A DNA stretch of 47,494 nt from Octopus bimaculoides (GCF_001194135.2 NC_068999.1:32166461-32213954), one strand, 5' to 3'; counted from the stretch's first letter, positions 1 through 11,039 are shown. Translations and numbers: made by a program. Notes: generated by a model not told the origin, from the sequence alone.

Positions 1-28
1 GTGTGTATGTGTGGGGAGAGGTGCATAT

Positions 29-363
29 TTGATTGTGGCCATGCTGGAGCACTGCCTTTAAAGGGTCTTAGTCAAAGAAGTCAACTTCAGGACTTACTCT
101 TTGTAAGTCTCTTTTGTTGAACCGCGAGATTATGGGGACATAAACACACCAACATCAGTTGTCAAGCAATGGTTGGGGGACAAAGACACTGACACATAAA
201 TATATATACATATATATATATATATATGCGACAGTCTTTTTTCAGTTTCTGTCTACCAAATCCACTCATAAGGCTTTGGTCAGCCTGAGGCTATAATAGA
301 CCACACTTACCTAAGGAGTTGTGCAGTGGGACTGAACCCAGAATCATGTGGTTGGGAAGCAAA
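29..363 (-). mobile_element. tRNA-derived SINE, family A (CORE-like head, central microsatellite)
   Basis: Same sequence recurs many times in the window (15225, 16380, 34505, 40070). Intact copies have a tRNA-like head followed by ccttgggcaagt, similar to the CORE domain. Confidence 0.8.
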
Positions 364-471
364 TAGGCACAAGACATGGAGGTTCAGTCCTGTGGTTGAC
401 TAAAAGGACCCTTCAAGGTGGTGCCCCAATATGGCCACAGTCAAATGACTGAAACATATAAAAGATAAAAG

Positions 472-499
<28 letters not shown>

Positions 500-502
<3 letters not shown>

Positions 503-868
503 ATGGGTTTCTGTCAGTTTCTTATTTCTTTACTACCCACAAGGGGCTATATACAGAGGGGACAAACAAACGGATTAAGTCGATTATATTGACCCCAGTG
601 CATAACTGGTACTTATTTAATCGACCCCTAAAGGATGAAAGGCAATGTCGACCTCGGCGGAATTTGAACTCAGAACGTAGCGGCAGACGAAATACCGCTA
701 AGCATTTCGCCCGGAGTACTAACGTTTCTGCCAACTCGCCCAAATCCACTCACAAGACTTTGGTTGGTGCAAAGCTATAGTAGAAGACAGTATTACCTGC
801 AGTGTCACACAGTGGGACTGAACCGGAACCATGTTGTTGAAAAGAAACTTCATACCACATACACACAT
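500..868 (-). mobile_element. Family A SINE head split by a family B SINE insertion
   Basis: gggtttctgtcagtttct (504-521) continues as caaatccactcacaag from 741; these are contiguous in other copies. Confidence 0.75.
522..740 (-). mobile_element. tRNA-derived SINE, family B (Meta-domain-like), young full-length copy
   Basis: Minus strand reads ggcgagttggcagaaacg (A-box-like), gagttcaaattcc (B-box-like), then ctttcatcc...gtcgattaaataagtaccag. Many CpGs are retained. Confidence 0.85.
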
Positions 869-1906
869 CTTACAATACTTATTCTTGTTCAATTTCCACT
901 CAGTGGTCAGCAGAATAAAAGACAAGACTTTCTTTGATAGTAAAGGGTGTGGGAACTTACATGATTTAGTAAGGCAAGGATTATTAATTAATTAAATTTT
1001 TAATTTCAGGGATGAGAACAATCGTTATTTGTTGTATTAAAATGTCTGTGCCATTTCCCAACAAAAATCAATCATTGAGACAGATCAAAACAGAGTCATT
1101 GTGACCTGGATGCCATAGTTTTACCATCCAACACTAAAGAACAATAAACCAATACTTTGAAACTATGATAATATTGGGTAAATTTTTGGGGGAAGTGTTG
1201 TTAAAATTTCATTGAATGTAATTAAAAATACTGAGATACTTCTTAGTCATTGAGAAAATATTGACAAAAATTAATTTTATTCTTTTCTGTAATCTAAGAA
1301 TAATTCAACTGACAACAATTAGCCAAGATGAAAAGATTATAATGTTATTGAGTCCAAGAAAAAAAAACTGAAGATCTAAATCTGCAGATTTTATATAAAC
1401 ATTCCATTAAATTCTACAAAATATAGAGAAATTTTAGGGATGAAATACAATAAAAATAGATTTTATGAGATGACAGCTTAAAATTGTTAGAAAATATTTC
1501 AATGAAAATTTTTTCTCATGTGAAAGCTAAGAAACATTTGCGTCATTCTGATGTAATAAACTTTATAGCTTCAAGCAAGTGGAACCAAAATAGCATCTAG
1601 AATAAATTATAGTACTCTCTGGATAGCAAAACTTTGCAGTCACATAATTCTGGGTTCAATCCCATTGTATGGCAATTTGATCAAAGTGTCTTCTCTCATA
1701 ATCTTGGGTTAACCAGTGCCATTTGAGTAGTGTTTAGTAACTCTACAGAAACCTGTTACATAAATATATATACACATAAATATATAGGTATGTGATGTAT
1801 ATGTACAATAACATCTACAGAAAGAGAGAGAGAGAGAGACTAGGTATTAGGTCTGTTGATCATGTTGGTCAGTCTATCGATATAGGAAATATCAAAGTTT
1901 ATATTC

Positions 1907-3305
1907 TATTGTTTCCACTGTCCAATTTTTCCTGTCTTGGTTTGTGTTTGCCACCTTGGAATCCTCTGTGTAGTGGGTTGATCCACTACTCAGGAAGAGA
2001 CTATTCTAGAGTACGTTCTGTCTTATCTTCGAAATGTCAGGTTAGAATAGAGGCAGCTGATGAAGGAACATTCCAAGTGGCTTTCTGTTTTCCTATGTGT
2101 TCGTTCCGTTATCTGTAGTTCATTGTTCTAACGTCCTGTACCCTGATATGCATATATATACACATGTAGATGTAAGTATGTACATATATGTGTGTATACA
2201 TGTATATATATTCTTTGTATTATTACATTATTGAACGCACACGTCCTTTTTTGCAAGTAAGTCTGTACTTTATTATTCTGACGTGACTCTATCTTTCTAT
2301 CTATCTATCTATCTATCTTTCTATCTATTTATCTATCTGTCTTCCTCTATCTTTCTATCTATCCCTCTATCCACCTATCTATCTTTCTTCTTACCCATCT
2401 CCCCCTCTCGCTCTGCTTCCTTCTGTTATCTTGGCTTCTACTTCATTGCTATACANNNNNNNNNNNNNNNNNNNNNNNNNNNNNNNNNNNNNNNNNNNNN
2501 NNNNNNNNNNNNNNNNNNNNNNNNNNNNNNNNNNNNNNNNNNNNNNNNNNNNNNNNNNNNNNNNNNNNNNNNNNNNNNNNNNNNNNNNNNNNNNNNNNNN
2601 NNNNNNNNNNNNNNNNNNNNNNNNNNNNNNNNNNNNNNNNNNNNNNNNNNNNNNNNNNNNNNNGCTTTCTGTTTTCCTATGTGTTCGTTCCGTTATCTGT
2701 AGTTCATTGTTCTAACGTCCTGTACCCTGATATGCATATATATACACATGTAGATGTAAGTATGTACATATATGTGTGTATACATGTATATATATTCTTT
2801 GTATTATTACATTATTGAACGCACACGTCCTTTTTTGCAAGTAAGTCTGTACTTTATTATTCTGACGTGACTCTATCTTTCTATCTATCTATCTATCTAT
2901 CTTTCTATCTATTTATCTATCTGTCTTCCTCTATCTTTCTATCTATCCCTCTATCCACCTATCTATCTTTCTTCTTACCCATCTCCCCCTCTCGCTCTGC
3001 TCCCTTCTGTTGTCCTGGCTTCTACTTCACTGCTATACCCTTCTGTCCCTTCCTCCTTGTTCCACTTCCTCCCTCCACCATCCTCTCTGCTCTCGTGTGA
3101 CCTGTGGTCAGCTTTCTTTTCACTCCAGCCGATGTGAAGGCAAGACGAACTACTAGCATTCTACCTCAGATTCACGTTTGGCCGTATGGCTTTTGAATGT
3201 TGTTTTCATTGTCCAATTTTTCCTGTCTTGGTTTGTGTTTGCCACCTTGGAATCCTCTGTGTAGTGGGTTGATCCACTACTCAGGAAGAGACTATTCTAG
3301 AGTAC
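1907..3305 (+). mobile_element. Non-autonomous element with 96-bp identical direct terminal repeats (Penelope pLTR-like)
   Basis: 1919-2014 equals 3210-3305. Contains ttcgaaatgtcagg and ctgatgaagg motifs typical of PLE ends, plus an internal (TCTA)n. Strand is tentative. Confidence 0.5.
2080..3038. repeat. 375-bp duplication flanking the N-gap at 2456-2663
   Basis: 2080-2454 matches 2664-3038 (offset 584), identical except four transitions near the contig end. Confidence 0.9.
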
Positions 3306-5676
3306 TATAAACCCCAGGTCAACCTTAATCAAGAAGGTCTATGATCAAGGACAGTCCAAACCATGACAATCCTTCCATTGAGACATAATTTAACTTGAAC
3401 TGCATTATCTAATCTGTCCTTCCTGTATTAAGGTGGTAGGCTATGATTTCAAGAAGGTCTGACTGCTATTTCTTGGAGCTCGTGAACACTTAAATCTCTC
3501 TCACCTTCATTTTATTTCTCTTTATTAATAGTGATTAAACTAGAATTGGTCAGGTCTCTGTAATATAGACCCCCCCCCCCCNNNNNNNNNNNNNNNNNNN
3601 NNNNNNGTTAAACTCCACACTGACCACTTCATCTGAGAGATAAACTATCACCAGGAAGATACTGATGGCTTACTGATGCTGAATATAATAACATTTTCTG
3701 AAAACACTTTTTAAGAATTGTGTATGTATGCTTGTACTGAAACGCGTTCTGCTATTATTTATCCTTCTTTATAAGCACTGCACATTCCAGTCATGTGAAA
3801 AACAAATACTCGATGCTAATATACAAGCTATATACATGAAACCTTCAGAGAAACACCAACAAGCAATTTATAACTTCCATTAATGTAACTATATCTATGT
3901 GCCTGCAGACTGTTAAGTCTGTTTTAGAGTAGTAGTAAACCTGGTCCCAGTTTACTATCTGATCGAGATATCTCTGTTGTGCTTGTTTATAATATTACTT
4001 TATTGAATCTACCTTTCCTCTCTACCAGAAAATACACTCACCATTTCTTCCGCATCACGGCATATCTCATTGAAATTACACCAGATGCAGAATTGTTTTT
4101 ACAGGTTCTTGCTAGCATTGATTTTAAAATTAAGAGAAACTGTTCTATCTGTAGAATTTGGTGTAATTCTTGCCAACCTAATCCATTTATCTAGAATCCT
4201 GAATATTTTTCATTGGAAATGTAAGAACCAACAAAATACAGCACTGTTTTTTCATTAGATATGCCCGATTAATTTTCTGTGACTATTGCAACAGAGGAAG
4301 TCAGAATTTTTGAAATGTATAAACAAGGTTTTAACACGATTCCATACTCAAACGAAATGATTTTACCAAAAAGTGCTATTACAAAATTTGTGAAAATATT
4401 GATGATTAAAAATAATGAAAAAGCAAAAATTGTAAATTAAAAGGAAAATATACAAAACAAACCTTTGGGAATTTCTAAATATGATTATCCATTAAGGCAA
4501 TTTTTTGTTTTTCAACTTTCCATACCTGAAATATATATCTTCCTTTGCCAATGCTTTTATTCTATATAAGGCAGTAAGATTCTAGATATGGTACATTAGC
4601 AGACATTCTAGTAATTTTGTCCATTTATTTCCTGTGCTTAAATCCTGTTAGCATTGGCTTTTAATTCTGAGGCTTGATAAAGTACTTACCACTGAGATAA
4701 TACACACACTCGTCCTCCAGCAACTCTTTCCTCCTTGCCATCCACTAGTTGCTGCTCTCACTGAAGTCATTGATCACAGGCTGTCCACTCTGTGAACATT
4801 AATCACAAGCTGTATCCTCTATGAATGCTGGTCATGAATTGTCTCCTTCTCAGTGAACATTTTTCTGGGGCCTAGTGAAAAAGATTCTTATTTCTATTCT
4901 TTAAAATGATGATTTAAGTTGATAATGCACAAGAATAAGATATTTCAAAGAAGTGAGCAGTTAATCCTTGCATATTACTGATACTTATATCAAGATGGGA
5001 AGAAAGAAAGATTATATCAACCTTAGCAAGATTTTCTCTCAGAATCCTGAGTAACTGAGTTTATACTGAAACAAATAAAATTTTTACACCAGAAATATCT
5101 AATTTAACCAGATATCCTTGATGAGTTATCTCTGCCCAAGAATCTCTTAATTTCGCCAGATATCTTCGATGAGTAATTGTATAGATAAGGATTTTACCCA
5201 GAAGAAATAAGAATGATATAAGAAACGTATAACAAAGAAAATAAGAGGATGAGCTCATTATTCTTAATTTCAGAGAATTATATTCCAGATGTACCACAAT
5301 TAAAATTGTTGATTTATTTTTTCAGAACTAGAAGCATTCATTAAAGGAACTTCAAATTCCCACTTAAACTTCTGCCAGTTTATTCTCCTTGATACTTATT
5401 ATACATTTGAGAAAAAGAGATAAAAAATGTTCTTGTATTCATTTTGGCAATTCTTCAAAATAATGTTGTTGTTTTTTCATGTAATATATTTTCTTCTATC
5501 TTTAATCAAAGACAGGTTACACTTCTGTATTTTTGGTAAAACATCTTATATTGTAAGACTCTCTCTTCATTCATTTGAAAGATAATTCTACAGTTCAACA
5601 ACTGAAGGAAGCAACATGGAATTCTAAAGCTCCTTTCAATTATCTCCAAAAGATATGGTTTTCTTCATTTTCTCCA

Positions 5677-5908
5677 TTAACCCTTTTGTTACAATATTTC
5701 TGTTGAAATGCACTGTCTTTGTTTTAATTCATTTCGAAAATAATGAAGAATTTAGTAAAATAACTGTGTCATTATTGAGCCAGTGTTAGGAATATACATT
5801 AACATGAAAATTTAATGGAAGGTTTTCATTTAGATCACTTTAAAAAAGAAAGATTATATCATAGAACCATAGAGCAATCTCAGATGGAGTGGTGTTAAAA
5901 ATGTTGAA
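5677..5908. mobile_element. MITE starting TTAACCCTTT (degenerate right end)
   Basis: Left end ttaacccttttg; right end aaaaatgttgaa is a decayed aaaagggttaa. About 230 bp, non-coding. Confidence 0.55.
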
Positions 5909-6402
5909 TTAGGAATATATTTAATGACTATATTACAAGTTTTGCATTTTTAGTATTACATTTATTATTCAGTCATTTCATAAGAACTTTGTTCAAAATG
6001 ACTAAATTAACTTTGATCTAAAATGATTTGAAGATCAACTAATATTTTTCTTCTAGATTTATTGACAAATTTACATGGCTAAATGATAAATTCAAAGTAT
6101 CAACTGATATTGAAATGGTATGATTAGCTGGTTCTCATCACACTGAAACTGAATGAGACCCAGCTAAGTGAAAATTACAACCCTCCAGTTGTTTAGCCCC
6201 AAATTCATTTAGGTAACAGCTCAACATTTATTATCTTATAGAATTAATAAAACAAAGAGAAATATAAAATAGTTTTATTTTAAATTAATAAAATGCCTTC
6301 TTTCCTCTAGACTAGGTTGTCTCAATGAAACAAACAATGAAATATTTCCTCAGATAGATTCCACATTGCCAGATTAAATACAATGACTTGCCGTATTAAG
6401 GT

Positions 6403-6628
6403 AACAACAATGATTCACTATAATAAGACAATAACAATGAGTGTATATAATAAAACAGCAACAATGATTTGCTATAACAATACAGAAACAATGACCCTCC
6501 CCCATCCCCAACTCCCATCTATTATAGACCAGCAACAATGACCACTACCCCACCACCACTACTGTAATAAAATAGAAACAATGACCCCACTATGATAAAA
6601 TAGTAACACTGACCCTGCTATAGTAATT
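6403..6628. repeat. Degenerate minisatellite, unit about 27-30 bp (aacaatgaccccactataataaaatag-like)
   Basis: The aacaatga anchor recurs about 7 times with similar spacers, plus one aacactga variant. Confidence 0.7.
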
Positions 6629-6794
6629 CAAGTACCATTACACAAGATGGCAGTTTATCTTGTCTCTCTCTTAGAGAAACACTTTAATGTATTTATTGAT
6701 TTTCACAAATGTAATTTGAACTATTTCTAAGACTTTCCTCAACAGAAATACTTCTATTACTCAATGTTCCAAAGCAAAAATACACGTCAAACTA

Positions 6795-6995
6795 TATGCA
6801 ACCACCACACATTGTATAACTACTATAGTATACCATCACACTATACATCTCCACTCTATACACAACCACACTATGTATCACCACTCTTTATACTACCACA
6901 CAACTATACATGAATACCATACTAACAGTGCCACACTACAAAGAACTATAAAGAATCATTTTGTATAACATCACCACACTACTATTTACCACCAT
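6795..6995. repeat. Degenerate accacactataca-like minisatellite
   Basis: Recurring accacac / ctatac motifs. Confidence 0.55.
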
Positions 6996-7070
6996 ACTTG
7001 TAGGATATTTTCTGAAATGATTTAAAACTCAAAACATAAGAAGAGGATAACATATAACAGCAGTAATTAA

Positions 7071-7255
7071 GGAGGTGAGCTGGCAGACAAATGTTAGCAG
7101 CATTTCGTCCATCTTTACATTCTGAGTTCAAATTCCACCGAGGGCGACTTTGTCTTTCATCTTTTCAGAATCAATAGAATAAGTATCAGCAGAGTACTGC
7201 GATCAATATAACCAGCTTAACCTCCCATCAAATTACTGTGGCAAAATTTGAAACC
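7071..7255 (+). mobile_element. Family B SINE, old copy
   Basis: gagctggcag ... gagttcaaattcc ... ctttcatc. Confidence 0.75.
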
Positions 7256-7511
7256 AATATAACAGCAATAATTTTATTTCTCTTCTGTATAACTAATTTC
7301 TAATTGAATATATTTGGTGTAAGCATACACACATACACACATCTATCCATACATGCATATATATACTGTTCACCGATGAAATCCAGAGATTCTCAGTATA
7401 GAAAACACTAAGTAGTGCTCAAAAGATTAAAACTTAGATTCCAATATCTTTACCGGGGATCAATTCCACAAGGTAAACAATGGCTATAAGAGGGATCAAA
7501 TTGAGCTGATA

Positions 7512-7928
7512 TAGGGGTAACTATGTAGATAAACAAATTAGATACCTTAGATATATTAAATATATTAAATATAGAAGTTTGGGTATGAAATAGAAAATAT
7601 GTATATACGCAAAACGAGAGAAAGCATATTGTGATGAACTATATCTACCAAACAACATTATTATGGACCTCCAAGCTGTTGGACTTAGAACACCTTTCAT
7701 TCACCCCTTTAATTTTCTCATTTGTACTCTGTGTAAGTTGGATCTATTAGTATAAATATCTGTATATTTATATCAAATATTCATCATCTGAAAATCTTCC
7801 CCTTTTGCTTTCTCTTGTTTTGCATGTACACATATATATATATTTTGTATTTCATACCAAAACTGTTATATTTAATATGTTTGATATATTTAATGTATCT
7901 AATTTGTTTATCTGCATAATTACCTCTA
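7512..7928. mobile_element. Foldback/MITE with about 115-bp TIRs, TA at both ends
   Basis: 7512-7626 is the imperfect reverse complement of 7806-7928. Confidence 0.75.
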
Positions 7929-8261
7929 CATACATACATACATACATACATACTGCTAGCATGGAAAGTGTGCATTAAATGATGATCATCATCATCATAT
8001 ACAGGGATCGGACAAAATAATGGAAACACCTAGCATCATAGCATCATAATTTTGAAATATCTATAAAACCCTCAAAACCTTGTTTATTTTTATGCTTTTT
8101 CATTTATTATTAGTGTTGCTTGATATGTTTTGCTAAAATTGCTGTTTCTTTACAACTATAAATTTGCAAGTGTTGGAATAAATATGCACGCGATCAAGCA
8201 TCATCGTGTGACTAATATTTAATCACACTTCCAAAGTGTGATTCATATTTAATCTTTATAC

Positions 8262-8318
8262 CCACTGATGAGAACAAAAGGTAATTATGTTTTACTTTAA
8301 GATCGAAATACGTCTGTA
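8262..8318 (+). ncRNA. Minimal type-I hammerhead-like motif with long helix II
   Basis: ca-CTGATGA (8265-8271)-ga...aaggtaa/ttacttt...tc-GAAA (8305-8308)-tac-GTC-tg. Helix I is only 2 bp. Confidence 0.55.
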
Positions 8319-8580
8319 ATTAACCACGGTCAAATTGATTCATCATTTTCCCTTTTGCCTACGTTCAATAAAGTGTGATATTTTCTCTAAATTTTTATGG
8401 CAGTTGAAAAGACATTAGCGTCTATTTCTAATTCAGTACATGACAAAGCAATTAGCTGACACCTCATTATAATTAAGTATATAATTATAGAATATTTTGT
8501 ATAATTTACCTAAAAGATTTCTTAACATACTGACTACTTGGTAAAATTATTATTTTTAATAATTACCCTATATTATTATT

Positions 8581-8585
<5 letters not shown>

Positions 8586-8640
<55 letters not shown>
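8586..8640. repeat. (TA)n microsatellite running into a gap
   Basis: Direct observation. Confidence 0.95.
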
Positions 8641-9037
8641 NNNNNNNNNNNNNNNNNNNNNNNNNNNNNNNNNNNNNNNNNNNNNNNNNNNNNNNNNNNN
8701 NNNNNNNNNNNNNNNNNNNNNNNNNNNNNNNNNNNNNNNNNNNNNNNNNNNNNNNNNNNNNNNNNNNNNNNNNNNNNNNNNNNNNNNNNNNNNNNNNNNN
8801 NNNNNNNNNNNNNNNNNNNNNNNNNNNNNNNNNNNNNNNNNNNNNNNNNNNNNNNNNNNNNNNNNNNNNNNNNNNNNNNNNNNNNNNNNNNNNNNNNNNN
8901 NNNNNNNNNNNNNNNNNNNNNNNNNNNNNNNNNNNNNNNNNNNNNNNNNNNNNNNNNNNNNNNNNNNNNNNNNNNNNNNNNNNNNNNNNNNNNNNNNNNN
9001 NNNNNNNNNNNNNNNNNNNNNNNNNNNNNNNNNNNNN

Positions 9038-9425
9038 TATACAAAAAATAACAACAGACGAGGACAGGTGGTGTAAATAACAAAAGTATATATTAGTATG
9101 ACGCTCGGGAATACGGAAAGTCTTTGACGTTTCGAGCTACGCTCTTCAACAGAAAGAATACGGAGACAAGGAGAAAAACACGGAGAAAAAAAATTGAATA
9201 GTGTTCAGTCAACGGTCAATCATAATAATGGCCGATCATAACAATGACTGACCGGAAGTTAGAAATTCTTAAAAAAGGATGATAAAGGAGGTTTACAAAA
9301 GTGGAAAAGTTCAAAAGTTTTTTAGACGTCGTGGTATATTGAAGCGATTTCCAATCAGAAGATGGGTCCAGTGTAAATCCGTGGGTAGGAGAGGTGCAGC
9401 CGGAGGGTATAAAGTTCAACACATA
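9038..9425 (-). mobile_element. PLE-type pLTR fragment A, 3' end at the (TA)n/gap
   Basis: Carries an HHR motif and is homologous to 9436-9640 and 28590-28690. Confidence 0.6.
9122..9156 (-). ncRNA. Minimal type-I hammerhead, variant core
   Basis: Minus strand: CTTT-CTGTTGA-A-GAGC-gta-GCTC-GAAA-C-GTC-AAAG. Helix I is 4 bp, helix II is 4 bp, and helix III is palindromic ACGT. Confidence 0.75.
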
Positions 9426-9435
9426 CATATATATA

Positions 9436-9640
9436 GTTCAAATTTACAGAAGACAAAAGATAAAGACAGGTGAGGGAACAACAAGTAGGTGTATTAGTTT
9501 GATGTTCGGGAAGAATGGAAAAGTCTTTGACGTTTCAAGCTTATGCTCTTCAACAGAAAGGCCTGAGAGGAAAAGACAGAGACAGAATGAGAAATAACAG
9601 AGAAAAATAAATGTGTAGAGATTAATGGTTCAACATGATG
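9436..9640 (-). mobile_element. PLE-type pLTR fragment B (diverged relative of A)
   Basis: Similar flanks to A (gacaggtg...tattagt...gggaa) and a second HHR. Confidence 0.6.
9525..9560 (-). ncRNA. Second minimal hammerhead, same variant core
   Basis: Minus strand: CTTT-CTGTTGA-A-GAGC-ataa-GCTT-GAAA-C-GTC-AAAG. Confidence 0.72.
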
Positions 9641-9689
9641 AAATGACCAGAAGAAAGAGGCTGAGTGAAAGGGAGATAATAATTATTTC

Positions 9690-9905
9690 CAATTTTTTCC
9701 ACAAGGGCAGCTTAGGTCGGAGATGGGGATGAGTCGATTACATTGACCCCCCCACCCCATGTTTAATTGGTACCTATTTTATCAACTCCTAATGGATGAA
9801 AGGTAAAGCTGACCACAGTGGAATTTGAACTCAGAACATAGTGACAGGCGAAATACCGCTAAGCATTTCATCCAGCGTGCTAACGGTTCTGCCAGCTCAC
9901 TGCCT
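9690..9905 (-). mobile_element. Family B SINE
   Basis: ggaatttgaactcagaac ... ttctgccagctcac. Confidence 0.8.
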
Positions 9906-9954
9906 GAAGGGGGGGGATAACAATGGTGACTCAGCTAAACTAGGGAGTGCAAGC

Positions 9955-10168
9955 TCATGTGTGTATGTAAGAATGGTGTGAATGGGGGTAAGTGTATCTG
10001 AATGCATGTGTGGGAAAGCTTAAAATTATGTGGGTCTGTGTGTCCATATAGGAGTGTGTGTGTTTGTGTGTGTGTATGTATGTATAAGTAACCCAGTGCG
10101 TGTATTGTGTGGAATGATGTGTGTTTTGTGTATTTGTGTATGTGTGTGTGCATATGGACGTTTGCATA

Positions 10169-10225
<57 letters not shown>

Positions 10226-10230
10226 GTGTG
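9955..10230. repeat. TG-rich low-complexity tract / (TG)n
   Basis: Direct observation. Confidence 0.9.
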
Positions 10231-10388
10231 AAAAAATGAATATAAATGGTTTTTCTGATAATTTTTGCACTTCAATAATTAGTTGTTTGTAAGTTATTAG
10301 GTGTTTCACAAGACGTAACTCTGATAGGAGTTTCTCATTTAAGAACAGTTTTCAAACTGATATTTTAGAGTTTGTTATTCACTGTGTA
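10229..10388 (+). repeat. Left arm of a 160-bp inverted repeat (partner 13749-13908)
   Basis: Reverse-complement match with 3 mismatches in 160 bp by manual comparison. Confidence 0.9.
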
Positions 10389-10452
10389 AGTGTTTCTCTA
10401 TCTGTGTGTGTGTGTGTGTGTAATGTATATATATATGTATATATCTATATAT

Positions 10453-10896
10453 AAAATTATAATTAAGAGTAATTAAAAGATAACACCATGCTAGATGCTA
10501 GAGATAGCAGTCAAAACTTGACTCTAAAACCACATCAAATATTCATACAGCACAATGGAGAAAAAACAAAGAGACAAATAAACTAGTAAAAAATTATCGG
10601 ATAATCTCAGATCTAGATTTCTGGCTTTGCATAAGAATATACTCTGCCTCTTCAGTGAGATACACCCAGATAATACATAATTACAAATATAAATATATAC
10701 AATGTACAAATACTTACATATACACGCTTATACACACTTTTTACACATACGCATGCTTACACACTTCTTACTAGTTTATTTGTCTATTTGTTTTTTGTCC
10801 TGGTACTGTATGAATACTTGATGTGGTTTTAGAGTCAAGTTTTGACAGCTATCTCTAGCATGGTGGTATCTTTTAGATACCCTTAATTATAATTTT
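10453..10896. mobile_element. Foldback/MITE with about 130-bp TIRs
   Basis: 10453-10589 is the reverse complement of 10768-10896; the left arm has an extra 7-bp atgctag duplication. Confidence 0.85.
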
Positions 10897-11039
10897 AATA
10901 ATAATTATCACCTATAAGGTTTTTATTCCAATGCTGGCCACTTGATATGATCGGTATTTTAAATAATGATCTTATCCTTATATATATATATATATATATA
11001 TAAGCAATGTTAATTCTCTAAATGAAGTATTAATATATC

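Noticed and set aside
522-740. tRNA-like A and B boxes
   Set aside because: These are SINE heads and do not form a complete cloverleaf; no tRNA gene is called.
3735-3752. gaaacgcgtt palindrome typical of hammerhead helix III
   Set aside because: No matching CUGANGA or helix I upstream.
4690-4871. Frame with three in-frame TGA suggesting a selenoprotein
   Set aside because: No recognisable selenoprotein similarity or SECIS; expected by chance in a non-coding frame.
6311-6400. Exon-like segment with AG/GT boundaries on the plus strand
   Set aside because: The 90-nt version has stops in all frames; the 47-nt version is too short to support.
8538-9083. Long ORFs spanning N-gaps (also 2283-2715, 22327-22614, 23538-24701, 43818-44328)
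   Set aside because: Artefacts of X translation through gaps.
9935-10309. His/Thr- and Cys/Val-rich ORFs (also 13.0-13.6, 31.0-31.3, 32.9-33.1, 45.1 kb)
   Set aside because: Translations of CA/TG/TA microsatellites.
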